A stretch of DNA of 64,000 nt from an uncultured Gemmatimonadaceae bacterium (lineage in GTDB: Bacteria; Gemmatimonadota; Gemmatimonadetes; Gemmatimonadales; Gemmatimonadaceae): positions 160,001-224,000 of the forward strand of contig CAVVTZ010000007.1 in the NCBI GenBank assembly GCA_963751275.1, read 5' to 3'. A program made the position numbers and the translations under genes. How positions within the stretch are numbered: position 1 is the first letter of the stretch; each line of letters opens with the position of its first letter. Shown piece by piece: positions 18,081-29,338 of this stretch. A model generated the notes under the pieces. That model had not been told where the DNA came from and did not search any database. It was given only the letters and a program-made list of their open reading frames with translations.

Positions 18081-18578
18081 TCAGCGCTTCTTGCCCTTCT
18101 TCTTGCCCTTGGCCGCTTTCTTCTTGGCCTTCTTCGCGGCCTTCTTCGCCTTCTTGCCACCGGATTTCTTCGCGGCCTTCTTGGCCTTCTTGGCCGCGGG
18201 CTTCTTGGCGGCTTTCGCTTTCTTGGCGGGCGCGGGCTTCGCCGCGGCGACGACCTTCACGGGCGCCTTGGCGCCGGCTCCCTTCCCCGACGCCGAGCCG
18301 CCGATGATCGTGGCACGGCTCGAGCCTGCGATCGGCACGATGCCGATCGTCTCCTCCTCGTCGATGACGACGGCCGGAGTGGCCTCTTCCTGCTCCTCTT
18401 CGTCCTCGGCGCTGTCCCAGAGCTCTTCGCCGCTCTGCTTGGTCATGCCCCAGCCGCCTTCCTCGTCCTCATCTTCATCGTATGAGGCACCGCCGCCTCC
18501 ACCGTATCCCATCTCTTCTTCGTCATCGTCGTGATCGGCGAATCGAAGTGTGTTATTGACATCGTTACCGCGCGGCAT
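18081..18578 (-). CDS. Low-complexity protein with acidic N-terminal half and histone-H1-like Lys/Ala tail
   Basis: AGGAGG RBS before MPRG. D/E runs followed by AKK/KKA repeats. Confidence 0.85.
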   Translation of the reverse strand: MPRGNDVNNTLRFADHDDDEEEMGYGGGGGASYDEDEDEEGGWGMTKQSGEELWDSAEDEEEQEEATPAVVIDEEETIGIVPIAGSSRATIIGGSASGKGAGAKAPVKVVAAAKPAPAKKAKAAKKPAAKKAKKAAKKSGGKKAKKAAKKAKKKAAKGKKKGKKR

Positions 18579-18740
18579 GATCGCCTCCTGTCGGGTTTTT
18601 CGCTGGTCTCGGGAACACGGCCGGGCGGCCCAGGGTCGGGTTCGACCACCGTTTCCGAACTCCCCAATACAACACACTGTCGAATCCGTCAAGCATTATT
18701 TCGAACCGTTCTTGTGACACCGTGCTGCGAGCGTGCGTTG

Positions 18741-21700
18741 CTACGCGGCGCCGCCACTCGTGGCCGGCACCGGGCCGGCGGCGCGCCGCGCGGCCCGCGC
18801 GGCACTGCGGGCCTGGAGGCGCTGCTGGAAGGCATCAAGAGTACGTATACACCACCGGCGTGATGTAGAGCGTGATCAATTGCGAGAAGGCCAACCCGCC
18901 CACGACGGCGACGCCCAGGGGACGGCGCGACTCCGCGCCGGTGCCGGCGCCGATCGCAATGGGGAGCGTGCCCATGAGGGCCGCCATGGTGGTCATCATG
19001 ATCGGACGGAAGCGCACGACGCATGCTTCCAGGATCGCGTCGCGCGGCGATTTGTTGTGCTCGCGCTGCGTGTTGAGCGCGAAGTCGATCATCATGATCG
19101 CGTTCTTCTTCACGAGACCGATCAGCATGATGATGCCTACGAAGGCGTAGATGCTGAGTTCCATCCGGAAGATGAACAGCGTGAGCAGCGCGCCGAACCC
19201 GGCGAAGGGGAGGCCGGAGAGGATCGTGATCGGGTGGATGAAGCTCTCGTAGAGGACGCCGAGCACGATGTAGATGACGAGGATCGACAGGATCAGGAGC
19301 ATGAGCAGCCCCTGCTGCGCGGCCTGGAAGGCCTGCGCGGTGCCCGCGAACTGCGTGGTCACGCTGGCCGGGAGGATCTGGTCCGCGACCTTCTGCACAC
19401 GGTTCACCGCGTCGCCGAGCGCGACGCCGGGCTGGAGATTGAACGAGAGCGTGACGGCCGGCATCTGCCCGGAATGCCCCACCGTGAGCGGGCCCATGGA
19501 CGGCGTCAGCCGCGCGAGCGAGGCGAGCGGCACGAGATCGCCGGTCTTGCTCCGGATGTAGAGCAGGTTCAGCCCGGCCAGGTCCTTCTGATACTGGGGG
19601 AGCAGCTCCATGATCACCCAGTACTGGTTGTTCGGCGTGTAGATCGTGGAGACCTGCCGCGCGCCGTAGGCGTTGTACAGTGCGCCCTCGATGTCGCTGG
19701 CGCTCACGCCGAGGGAGGCCGCGCGGTCGCGGTCGATGTCGACGCTCACCTGCGGGCTGTGGATCTGCAGGTCGGTCGTGACGTCGGCCAGGCCGGGGAT
19801 CTTCTTCATCGCGGCGAGGGTGATGTCGGCGTACTTGTAGAGCGCGGCGATGTCGGCGCTCTGGAGCACGAACTGGTACTGGCTCTTGGTGCTTCGGCCG
19901 CCGATGTTGATGCTGGGCGGGTTGATCATGTACGCGCGAATGCCGGTGACCTGGTTGAGCTTCGGCGTCATGTAGGCGATCCACTCATCCGCGCTCATCG
20001 AGCGGTCCTTCCGCGGCTTGAGATGGATGAACATGCGCCCCTGATTGATCGTCGGGGAGCGGCCGCCCGCCCCGAGCGCCGACATGAATCCGGCGACGTT
20101 CGGATCGGCCTGCACGATGGCGGCCATCTCCTCCTGGTGACGGACCATCGACTCGAACGACGTTCCTTCGGGCGCATCGGTCGTGACGGAGACCTGGCCC
20201 TGGTCCTCGCTGGGAATGAATCCCTTGGGCACGATCGCGCCGAGGATGAACGTGCCGATCAGGATCGCGAGCGAGAAGAGCATCATGGCCGGGCGATGGT
20301 CCATCGCCCAGCGCAGTGTGCGCTCGTAGCCGCCGAGGACGCGCTCGTAGAAGCGCTCGATGGCATTGAAGAAGCGCCCCTGGTCCTGTCCGTGGACCGG
20401 GCGCAGGAAGCGGCTGCACAACATGGGCGTCAGCGTGAGCGACACGAAGCCGGACACGAGGATCGCGGCGCCGATGGTGACGGCGAATTCGTGGAAGAGG
20501 CGCCCAATGAGCCCGCCGAGGAAGAGCACGGGAATGAACACGGCGACGAGCGAGATCGTCATCGAGAGGATCGTGAAGCCGATCTCGCGCGATCCGTTGA
20601 GCGCCGCTTCGAGCGGCTTCTCACCCATTTCCATGTGGCGCACGATGTTCTCGAGCATCACGATGGCATCGTCCACGACGAATCCCACCGACAGCGTGAG
20701 CGCCATCAGGGACAGGTTGTCGAGACTGTAATTGAGCAGGTACATCACCGCGAAGGTCCCGACGAGCGACATCGGCAGCGCGAGGCTGGGGATGACCGTC
20801 GCCGGAATGTTCCGCAGGAACAGGAAGATCACGAGCACGACCAGCACCAGCGTCAACGAGAGCGTGAACTTCACGTCCGAGACCGAGTTCTGGATGCCCA
20901 CCGACCGGTCGTAGAGCGTTTCGACGGTGACGGAGGCGGGGAAGGTCGACTCGAGCTCGACCATCGCCTTCTTCACGGCTTCCGCGACGGCGACAGTGTT
21001 GGTGCCGGGCTGGCGCTGCACGGCGAGCACGATGGCGCGCGAGCCGTTGTACCAGCTCGCGACCTTGCTGTCCTGCACGCCATCGACGACCTGGCCGAGG
21101 TCCTGCAGGCGCACGGGCGCGCCGTTGCGATAGGCGACGATGAGCGGATCGAACGCCTTCGCGGTCTGGAGCTGTCCGTTCGCCTGCACGGTGTACGCTT
21201 TGTCGCTCCCCCAGAGCACGCCCGTGGGCAGATTCACGTTGCCGGCGGAGACGGCGCTCACGACTTCGTCGATGCCGATCTTGCGCACGGCCAGCGCCTG
21301 CGGATCGAGCTGGATCCGCACGGCGTACTTCTGCGAGCCGTAGACCTGCACCTGCGCGACACCCGCGACCATCGAGATGCGCTGCGCCAGATACGTCTCG
21401 CCGTACTCGTCCAGCTGCGAGAGCGGCAGCGTGGTGGATTGGAGCGCGAGATAGAGGATCGGCGCGGAGGACGGGTCCACCTTGCCGTACGACGGCGGGA
21501 TCATCCCCGGGGGGAGCTGGCTCAGCGTCTTGGCGATCGCCGACTGCACGTCCTGCGCGGCGGCGTCGATGTTGCGGTCGAGCGTGAACTGCAGCGAGAT
21601 GGAGGTCAGCCCCTGGCTGCTCTGCGACGACATCTGATCGATGCCGGCGATGGTCGAGAATTGCTTTTCGAGCGGCGTGGCGACGGACGACGCCATCGTC

Positions 21701-21870
21701 TCGGCGCTCGCGCCGGGGAGACTCGCCCCCACCGAGATGCTGGGATAGTCCACCGCCGGCAGGTCACTGACGGGAAGCTGGCGGTAGGCGACGGCGCCGA
21801 ACAGCAGGATGCCCGCCATGACGAGGGTCGTCATGACCGGACGGCGGATGAAGAGCGAGGAGATGTTCAT
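18741..21870 (-). CDS. RND efflux permease (MdtB/MdtC-like), probable +1 frameshift near 18840
   Basis: FIRRPV, GFVVDDAIVMLEN, GLVKKNAIM, RFRPIMMT. Removing one base restores YLDAFQQR... to TAG at 18741. Confidence 0.95.
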
Positions 21871-21877
21871 CGGACGT

Positions 21878-23017
21878 TCACTCCTTGGCGGTCGCGCCGG
21901 CGGCGCTCCCTCCGGCCGGCGGCGCTCCCTTGATCTGGACGTGCGAGCCGGCGGTCAGGCGGAGCTGGCCGTCGGTCACGACGGTCTCGCCTTCGGTCAG
22001 CCCCTGGTCGACCGTGGTCAGATCGCCGGCGATGCGGCCAACGGTGATCGGACGCGGGTCGGCGGTCAGGTCCTGCTTGATGACGAAGACGAAGGCGCCC
22101 TGCTGACCCTGCACGACGGCGGACGACGGGATCACGAGCGCATTCGCCTGCGTGAAGAGGTTGAGCGTCACGCTCACGAATTCACCGGGCCAGAGCGTGG
22201 CATCCTTGTTCTCGAACCGCGCCTTGAGCAGAATGGTTCCCGTCATCGTGTCCACGGCGTTGTCCACGAAGCTGAGCACGCCGGTGGAGGTGTTGCCCAC
22301 GCCGCTTGTGGAACCCGGATGCACCTGCACCGGGAGCGCGCCGCTGCCGTACTGGCGCAGCTGTGGGAGATGCACGACCGGCACGGCGAAGCGCACGAGG
22401 ATCGGCTGGATCTGGTTGATCGTCACGAGCGGCTGCCCGCCGGCCTTCACGAGATTCCCCTGCTTCACGAGGAGGCTGCCCGCGCGGCCGGAGATCGGCG
22501 AGCGGATCGAGGCGAACTGGAGATTCAGCTTCGCCGTCTCGACGTTCGCCTGGTCGGACGTGACCGTGGCGCGGTCCGCGACGACGGCGGTCTTCGCCTG
22601 CTCGTACTGCTGCGTGGTGACGTAGTCCTTCGCGACGAGCGCCTCGTATCGCGTGAGATCGAGCTCGGCGTTCGCGAGCTGGGCCTTGTCCCGCTGGAGG
22701 ATGCCCACCGACTGGTCGAGCGCGGCCTGGTAGGGGCGCGGATCGATCTGCAGGAGCAGCTGCCCCTCCTTCACATCCTCGCCCTCGTTGAACGCGACCT
22801 TGGTGAGCAGGCCGCCCACCTGCGAGACGATGGTGACCGTCTGCAGCGGCTCGGCGGTGCCCGTCCCATCGATCTGGTACGGGAGCGATTGGCGGACCAC
22901 CTTGGCGACGGTGACCGGGATCCCCTGCGGCGCATTCTCCGCCCCCTTGCCGCACGCGGCGGCGAGAGGAAGGAGGACGGCGAGGGCGAGCGAACGGCGA
23001 ATGTCGAACTGGGTCAT
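21878..23017 (-). CDS. RND membrane fusion protein (MdtA-like lipoprotein)
   Basis: Lipobox AAAC, lipoyl/hairpin pattern, IRSPISGR, DNAVD..TGT. Confidence 0.95.
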   Translation of the reverse strand: MTQFDIRRSLALAVLLPLAAACGKGAENAPQGIPVTVAKVVRQSLPYQIDGTGTAEPLQTVTIVSQVGGLLTKVAFNEGEDVKEGQLLLQIDPRPYQAALDQSVGILQRDKAQLANAELDLTRYEALVAKDYVTTQQYEQAKTAVVADRATVTSDQANVETAKLNLQFASIRSPISGRAGSLLVKQGNLVKAGGQPLVTINQIQPILVRFAVPVVHLPQLRQYGSGALPVQVHPGSTSGVGNTSTGVLSFVDNAVDTMTGTILLKARFENKDATLWPGEFVSVTLNLFTQANALVIPSSAVVQGQQGAFVFVIKQDLTADPRPITVGRIAGDLTTVDQGLTEGETVVTDGQLRLTAGSHVQIKGAPPAGGSAAGATAKE

Positions 23018-24483
23018 TTTCTGGTCGCTGAGGAGTCGACGGCGATGCGCAGCGGATTCTCGCCGCGAACATCCAGGATGCCGATGTCATGGGCCAACTG
23101 TGCGAGCGCAGTGCGCCACACCCACCGCGTCTCGATCGCCTGCGCGCGGGCATCGGCCAGCGCGCTCTGGGCAGTGAGGAGATCGAGGATGGATCCGACG
23201 CCGGCCTTGTAGCGGCCGAGCGCCACCTCGGCGGATTGCGACGCGCTGGCGAGCAGGTCGTCGGCGGTGGTCACGCGTCGCGCGGCGGTCTGCATGGCGT
23301 AATACGAGGAGAAGACCTCGAGGATCACCTGCTGCCGGATGTTCTCGACCTGCGCGGTGGCGCCCCGCGCTTGCGCCTCGGCTTGCTGCTGATCGTAGGC
23401 CCGGGAGAAGCCCGCGAAGAGCGGGATCTTCACGCCGAAATTGATCGTGTAGACGGTGTTCCCGCTCACGAGCGCATTGAAGTAGCTGTGGCCGGCGGTG
23501 CCGTTGATCTCGAACGACGGCAGCCGCGCGCTCCGCACCTGTGAGACGTGCGCCTGGGCGGCGGCGGCTTCCGCGCGCGCCGCCGCGAGGTCCGGGCGCG
23601 CGTTCACCGCGCGCTCGATGAGCGTGTCGACGCTGTCGGTGACGACGCCGATCAGCAGCGGCGGGATGCCGGCGATGTCATACGGGAGATTGGCCGGGAG
23701 CCCCATCGCGTTCGCGAGCGAGCCACGTGTGGTGAGGATCCCGCCTTCGGTGGTCTCGAGCGCGAGCTGCGCCTGCGACAGCTGCGTCTTGGCCTGCAGC
23801 TCGTCGGCGATCGTGGCGAGTCCCTGCCGGCGCCGCTCGGTGGTGGCCTGATAGTTGGTCTGGGCCTCCTGCAGCGTGAGCAACTGGGCGGCGCGCAAGG
23901 CGCGGTTCGCGACGTAGTTGAAGTAGGCGGTCTGCACCTGGAGCACGACGTCCTGGATGGCGCCGTTGTGCGCCCAGTCGGCGGCGATGAGGGAGTTCTT
24001 CGCGAAGTCGATGGAGCCGGATCGCCCGCCGAGGTCGAACACCAGCCAGGAGAGCGAAGCGGTCGGGCCGCTGATCCATTCCTTCGCGCCGAGCCCGCCC
24101 GAACCATTGAGCTGTTGTGACGAGGTGCTGCTGACGCCGAGATCGACGGTGGGGAAGTACTGCCCTTGGGTGCTGCCGTACGCGGCCGCGGCGGCGCGGG
24201 CGTTCTCCCACGCGATGCGGGTGGTGGGATTGTTGCGCAGCGCGAGGTCGACGACATCGCCCAGGGTGAGCGAATCGACGCGCGCGGCCATGTCGGGCGG
24301 CAGCGTGACCGGTGCGGGCGCGGCGTGCGGCGCGGCGCTCTCGCGGTGGGCGGGGGGTGTCCACGGCGTGTTGGGCGCGGCGCTTGTTCCCTCGGCGCCA
24401 TCGATATGCGGCGTGCCGGTGCAGGCGAGCGTAAGAACGGCCGCAACGGCGGCCGTGAGGTGGCGAGGCAGACGAATGGTCAT
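23014..24483 (-). CDS. TolC-family outer membrane efflux lipoprotein
   Basis: Lipobox LTLAC, ALRNNP, RPDL, RYKAGVGS.LDLL. Confidence 0.92.
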   Translation of the reverse strand: MTIRLPRHLTAAVAAVLTLACTGTPHIDGAEGTSAAPNTPWTPPAHRESAAPHAAPAPVTLPPDMAARVDSLTLGDVVDLALRNNPTTRIAWENARAAAAAYGSTQGQYFPTVDLGVSSTSSQQLNGSGGLGAKEWISGPTASLSWLVFDLGGRSGSIDFAKNSLIAADWAHNGAIQDVVLQVQTAYFNYVANRALRAAQLLTLQEAQTNYQATTERRRQGLATIADELQAKTQLSQAQLALETTEGGILTTRGSLANAMGLPANLPYDIAGIPPLLIGVVTDSVDTLIERAVNARPDLAAARAEAAAAQAHVSQVRSARLPSFEINGTAGHSYFNALVSGNTVYTINFGVKIPLFAGFSRAYDQQQAEAQARGATAQVENIRQQVILEVFSSYYAMQTAARRVTTADDLLASASQSAEVALGRYKAGVGSILDLLTAQSALADARAQAIETRWVWRTALAQLAHDIGILDVRGENPLRIAVDSSATRK

Positions 24484-24560
24484 CACAGAGTGAAATGGTC
24501 CCGCCAATCTACGCGGGACTCCGCGAATTCGCTGTCGGCAGCCGGCCAGCCCGGCGCGCG

Positions 24561-25665
24561 CTACTCGATGAACGTCAGCGACCGTCTCCGCAGGACACAG
24601 CTCCGCAGTGCGCGGAAGACCCCGGGGTCGAGCCGTGCGCCGGCGGCGCCTTCGAGCAGCTCGATCGCTTCGCCGGGCTGGAGCGGCGCCCGGTAGGCGC
24701 GCTGCGAGGTGAGCGCGTCGAACGCATCGGCCGCGGCCAGGATGCGGCCGCCCAGGGAGATCGCCTCGCCCGCGAGACCGCGCGGGTACCCGGCGCCATC
24801 GAATTGCTCGTGATGGTCCTGGACATAGTCGAGCACGGGTCCGAGAATGCCGCAGCGGCGCGAGGATGTCGACGCCGATGCGGACGTGGTCGCGCACGTG
24901 ATCCTGCTCCTCGGGCGTGAGGGCGGCGGGCTTGTTCAGCACCGCCTCACGCGTGCCGATCTTGCCGATGTCGTGCAGGCGGCCGGCGAGGCGCACGGCC
25001 TCGATGGTGTCGGCATCGAGCCCGAGTTCGCCCGCGATGGAGGCGGCGAGCTCGGCGACGCGCTGCGAATGGCCGCGGAGGAAGACACTCTTCGCTTCCA
25101 TTGCGTTGATGAGCGTCTCGGCGATCTGGACGGTCACGTGGCGCAGGGCGGATTGTTCGCGCTCCAGCTCGCTGGTGCGCAACGCGACCTCATCGCGCAC
25201 CAGCCGTTCCACGCGGTTCTGTTCCCGGAGCAGGCCGCGGCGGTGCAGTGCGCGCTCCACCGCGCGCTGCAGGTCCTGGAGTTCCACCGGCTTCACGAGA
25301 TAATCGCAGGCGCCGCGCGCGAGCGCCTCCGTGGCGGTCGGCGCATTGTTCACGGCGGTGAGCATGACCACCGCGAGGTCGGGGTTCCTCTTGAGCGCCA
25401 CGGGGAGCAGCTCCATCCCGGTCATCCCCGGCATGCGCACATCGCAGAGGGCCACATTGCAATGGTCGCGGTCGAGCGCAGCCAGTGCGTCGGCGGCGGA
25501 GCCGACGGCGGTCACCGCGTACCCGCGCAGACGGAGGAAGCGCGAGAGCGCGGTGCGGATCGTCTCGTCGTCGTCGATGACCAGCACGCGCGGCGCGGCG
25601 ATGTCGGCGGCGCCGTCCATCGCCATCGCGATGCCCGCGGGGGTGGACGTGGTCACGCTGGTCAC
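24561..25665 (-). CDS. REC + HD-GYP phosphodiesterase response regulator, +1 frameshift near 24847
   Basis: REC domain, GHSQRV, LHDIGK, then HHEQFDGAGYP and ADAFDALT in the next frame. Confidence 0.9.
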
Positions 25666-28344
25666 GCCGGCCGCTCGCCGCCCGCGGACGCGCGGCGGTC
25701 GGCGGGGAGGACGATGCGGAACGTGGAACCGCCGCCCGGCGCGCTCTCCACCTGCAACGTGCCGCCGTGCGTGTGCACGATCCCATAGCTCACGCTCAGG
25801 CCGAGCCCGGTGCCCTTGCCCTCGCCCTTCGTCGTGAAGAACGGTTCGAAGATGCGCGCCTGCAACTCGGGCGGCATGCCGACGCCGCTGTCGCTCACTT
25901 CGATCACCACGCGCGGGCCATCGTTCACGGTGCGCAGCCGCAGGGTGCGCCGCGGCGAGTGCGTCATGGCGTGCTCGGCGTTCACGATGAGGTTGAGCAG
26001 CACCTGCTGGAGTTGGCGGTCATCGCCGTGCAGCGGCCGGAGCCTGGGTTCGAGTCCGAGCTCCACCTCGACGCCGGCGGTGCGCAGCCCGTACTGGCGC
26101 AGGCGAAGGGTCTGCTCGATGAGCGCGTTCATGTCCACCGAGACGTAGCGGGGCCCCGACTTGCGGGCGAAGGTGAGCAGATCGCGGATGACGGCGACGG
26201 CGCGATCGGCCTCGCGCTTGATCATCTGCACGGCTTCGCGCTGCTCGGCGGTGAGCGTATCCTCCTGCAGCAGCTGCGCGAACGCGGAGATCCCGGCGAG
26301 CGGATTGTTCACCTCGTGTGCGACGCCGGCCACGAGTTCGCCGAGCGCCGCGAGCTTCTCCGACTGGCGGATCTGTTCCGCGAGCCGGCGCTCCTCATCG
26401 CGCATGCGGATGCTGTGGAGCGCGAGCGCGATCGAGGGGAGGAGCCGCGTGACCGTGGCGAGCCGGCGCGCGGCGCCGGGGACGGGCGCCCCGATGGCGA
26501 GGAGTCCCACGGCGTGGTCGCGCGCGACGACCGGCAGCACCGTGTCCCACTCGCCCGGAATGGCGGGCGCGACGCCGGCCGGGAGCGCGGTGTCGGCGAG
26601 GTCCGCGGCGTCGCCGCGCACGCCGGCGATCCGGAGGCCGGCGTCGGTGGTCTGTTCCACGGCGAGCGCCCACGCGCGCGAGGGCGCGACCTCATCGAGC
26701 AGGCGCAGGATCTCGCGGGCGGCCATATCGATGGTCGGTGCGCGCAGCGCGACGCGCGCGACCTCCGCGGCGGCCTCCGCCTCGAGGCGTTCGTGGCGCT
26801 CCGCCTCGAAGAGATGCGCGTTGGCGATCGCCGTGCCCGCCTGTCGCGCGATCAGCATCACGAGGTCCACGTCGCCCCAGTCGTAGGCATCGTTCGTGAA
26901 CGACTGGGCCTGCAGCACGCCGAGCACGCGGTCGCCGTGCACGATCGGAGCGCTGAGGAGCGCGGCCGGGCTGCGGGTGTCGCCGATCTCGACCATCGGG
27001 CCGGCCCAGCCCGCGGCCGTGCGCGACACGACGCTGGGCGCGCGCAAGCGGTACGCCTGGCTGGTGATCCCGTCGCCGAGCGGGAAACGCGGCAGGTCCG
27101 CGCACTCGATGGAGCGGCCCTCATCCACGACGTACTCGGGAATGAACTCCTGCCGCTCGTCGTCGAACCGCATGAGCGTGAAGCTGGGCGCGTCCACCAC
27201 GGAGGCGACGGCGCGGTAGATCTCGGCGTAGACCTCGGCGAGCGACAGCACGCCGGAGATCGCCTGCTGCACCTGGGCGACGGCGGAGAAGCGCGCGGCG
27301 CGCTGTTCCGCGCTCTCGAGCAGCAGCGCATTGCGGAGCGCGACGGCGGCGTGCGAGCTGAAGTCGGTGAGGAGCTGTCGTTGCTCCGGCTCGAAGCCCT
27401 GGAGGTCGCGGAAGCGCAGCGAGAGCAAACCGCGCGGACGGCCCTCGACGACGAGCGGCAGCATCGCGATCGCGTTAATGCCGCGCTCCAGCATCTGCCG
27501 GGAGATGGGACGGTCGCCCACATTGTGGAGATTGCGGCGGAAATCGGCGACACCGGTGGTGAGCGCGCGGCCGGCGAAGGTCTCCCAGAACGCGGGCATC
27601 ACGCGGTCCGCCATGTCGGCCGCCACGCCGGCAACGAAACCCATCTCCACGGCACGCGTGCCCGGATCGGCGAGGAAGATCGGAGATGCCGTCGGCGCCG
27701 AGCGATTGGTGGGCGATGCGCCAGATGTCGGCGTACATCGTTTGCGGCGAAACGTTGAGCGCCAGGCTGCGCGCCGACGTGGCGAGGATGCCCGCGTGGC
27801 GGAGCGTGCGCACGGAGGCGCGCAGGAGGCGCGCGTTCTCGATCGCGAGCGCGGCATGGTTCGCGAGTGCGAGCAGGATCTGTTCATCGTGCTCGCTGAA
27901 TTCGCGGCCCACCGCGCCGACGACGCTGATCGCGCCGACGGACCGCTGGCCCACGAGCAGGGGCGCGGCGACCATTTTGCGCGCCGGCGCGCCAGCCGGG
28001 TCGGGATGCACCTGCCGCGTCGGGCGGCCCATGCGCATTGCATCGGAGCAGCAGGCGTCGTCGAGCGCCATCCGCGCACCGACGCCGGGGCTCGATTCCC
28101 CCGCGACGCCCACGATCACGAATTCGCCCCCCTCGAGCATCCCGACCCGCGAACCCGACGCGCCGAGGAGCTCCACCGCGTGGCGCGCGATGAGCGCGAA
28201 GACGCGGGACAGCTCGGGCGATTGGTTGATCTCGTGCGCGATCTCAGCGAGCGCGCGCGCCTCGCGCGCACCCTGCGAGACATTGGTCGCGGGCGATGCG
28301 GCGAACTCTCGAACCGTCGGGTCCTTCGTGGTCGGCGAGGTCAT
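25662..28344 (-). CDS. Multi-GAF cytoplasmic sensor histidine kinase, +1 frameshift near 27682
   Basis: Three or more GAF repeats, GVAHEVNNPL, NLIVNA, DSGVG, FFTTK, GTGLGL. Confidence 0.9.
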
Positions 28345-28484
28345 CTCAGCGGACACGCGCAACGGGGATTCGAGTGCGCGGCCGGAGGGCGGTGCGCGCG
28401 GATTCCAAAGAATACGGAGGTGTCCATCCTCGCGGCAGTGACGACCGCGTTAGACCTCTGTAACCCGCGCTGATTAAGGTGCTC

Positions 28485-29324
28485 TTAGCCGTCCGCGAAC
28501 TCCACGTTCACGCGATGCGGAATGACGCCGGCCTTCACGCCGCGCGCGAGCAATTCCGATACGGCTCGGCGGCCGCGCTCGCCGTAATCCAGCGTCCACG
28601 CGTTCACGTACATGCCGACGAAGGTGTCGGCCTTGTTGCGGTCGAGGCCGCGCGCGAACCGCATCGCGTGATCGAGCGCGCCCTTCCGGTGGTCCAGCGC
28701 GTACGCGATGCTGGCCTTCAAGTGTTTCGACACGAGGCGAACGGTGTCGGCACCGAGATCCTTGCGCACGACGTTGCCGCCGAGCGGGAGCGGGAGGCCG
28801 GTCTCCTCGCCCCACCAGACGCCCATGTCGGCAATGAGGTGCAGGCCGCGCTCGCCGAAGGTGAGTTGCCCCTCATGGATGAGCAGGCCGAGATCGACGT
28901 CGCCATTGACGACCGCGTCCTCGATCTTGTCGAAGTGCACGGGCACGGCTTCGAAATCCGGCTCGTAGAGGCGCAGGGCGAGATACGCGGTGGTGAGCGT
29001 GCCCGGGATCGCGATGCGTTTGCCCTTCACCTGCGCGCGGGTGAAGGGTTGGCGCGCCACCAGGCGCGGCCCATAGCCATCGCCGATCGACGCGCCGTGC
29101 GGGAGGAGGGCGTAGCGGTCGGTGAGATACGAGTACGCGTGGATCGAGACGGCGGTGACCTCGAGCTCCGCCTTCAGCGCGCGGCGGTTGAGGGTCTCGA
29201 TGTCCTGCAGCTCGTGGACGTAGCGGAGGTCGCCCGTGTCGATCTTCCCCTCGGCGAGCGCGTAGAACATGAACGCGTCGTCGGAGTCGGGGCTGTGGGC
29301 GACGTGGATCGTGCGAATGGTCAT
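28485..29324 (-). CDS. mqnD: 1,4-dihydroxy-6-naphthoate synthase (futalosine menaquinone pathway)
   Basis: HSPDSDDAFMFYAL, DIETLN, GYGP, IHEGQLT, LPLPLG, MYVN. Confidence 0.85.
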   Translation of the reverse strand: MTIRTIHVAHSPDSDDAFMFYALAEGKIDTGDLRYVHELQDIETLNRRALKAELEVTAVSIHAYSYLTDRYALLPHGASIGDGYGPRLVARQPFTRAQVKGKRIAIPGTLTTAYLALRLYEPDFEAVPVHFDKIEDAVVNGDVDLGLLIHEGQLTFGERGLHLIADMGVWWGEETGLPLPLGGNVVRKDLGADTVRLVSKHLKASIAYALDHRKGALDHAMRFARGLDRNKADTFVGMYVNAWTLDYGERGRRAVSELLARGVKAGVIPHRVNVEFADG

Positions 29325-29338
29325 GTCGGGACGACGCG

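Noticed and set aside
15569..18578. Integrated plasmid or prophage around the RepA-like gene
   Set aside because: No integrase, att-like repeats, partition or transfer genes, and no GC shift.
18733..21933. 1066-aa plus-strand ORF and similar long antisense ORFs (25767, 36279, 45995)
   Set aside because: Stop-poor shadow frames of real genes in high-GC DNA, Arg/Ala-rich with no motifs.
23014..25665. 883-aa REC-HD-TolC fusion ORF
   Set aside because: Artefact of a +1 frameshift near 24847. The HD-GYP C-terminus is in another frame and TolC has its own lipoprotein signal at 24483.
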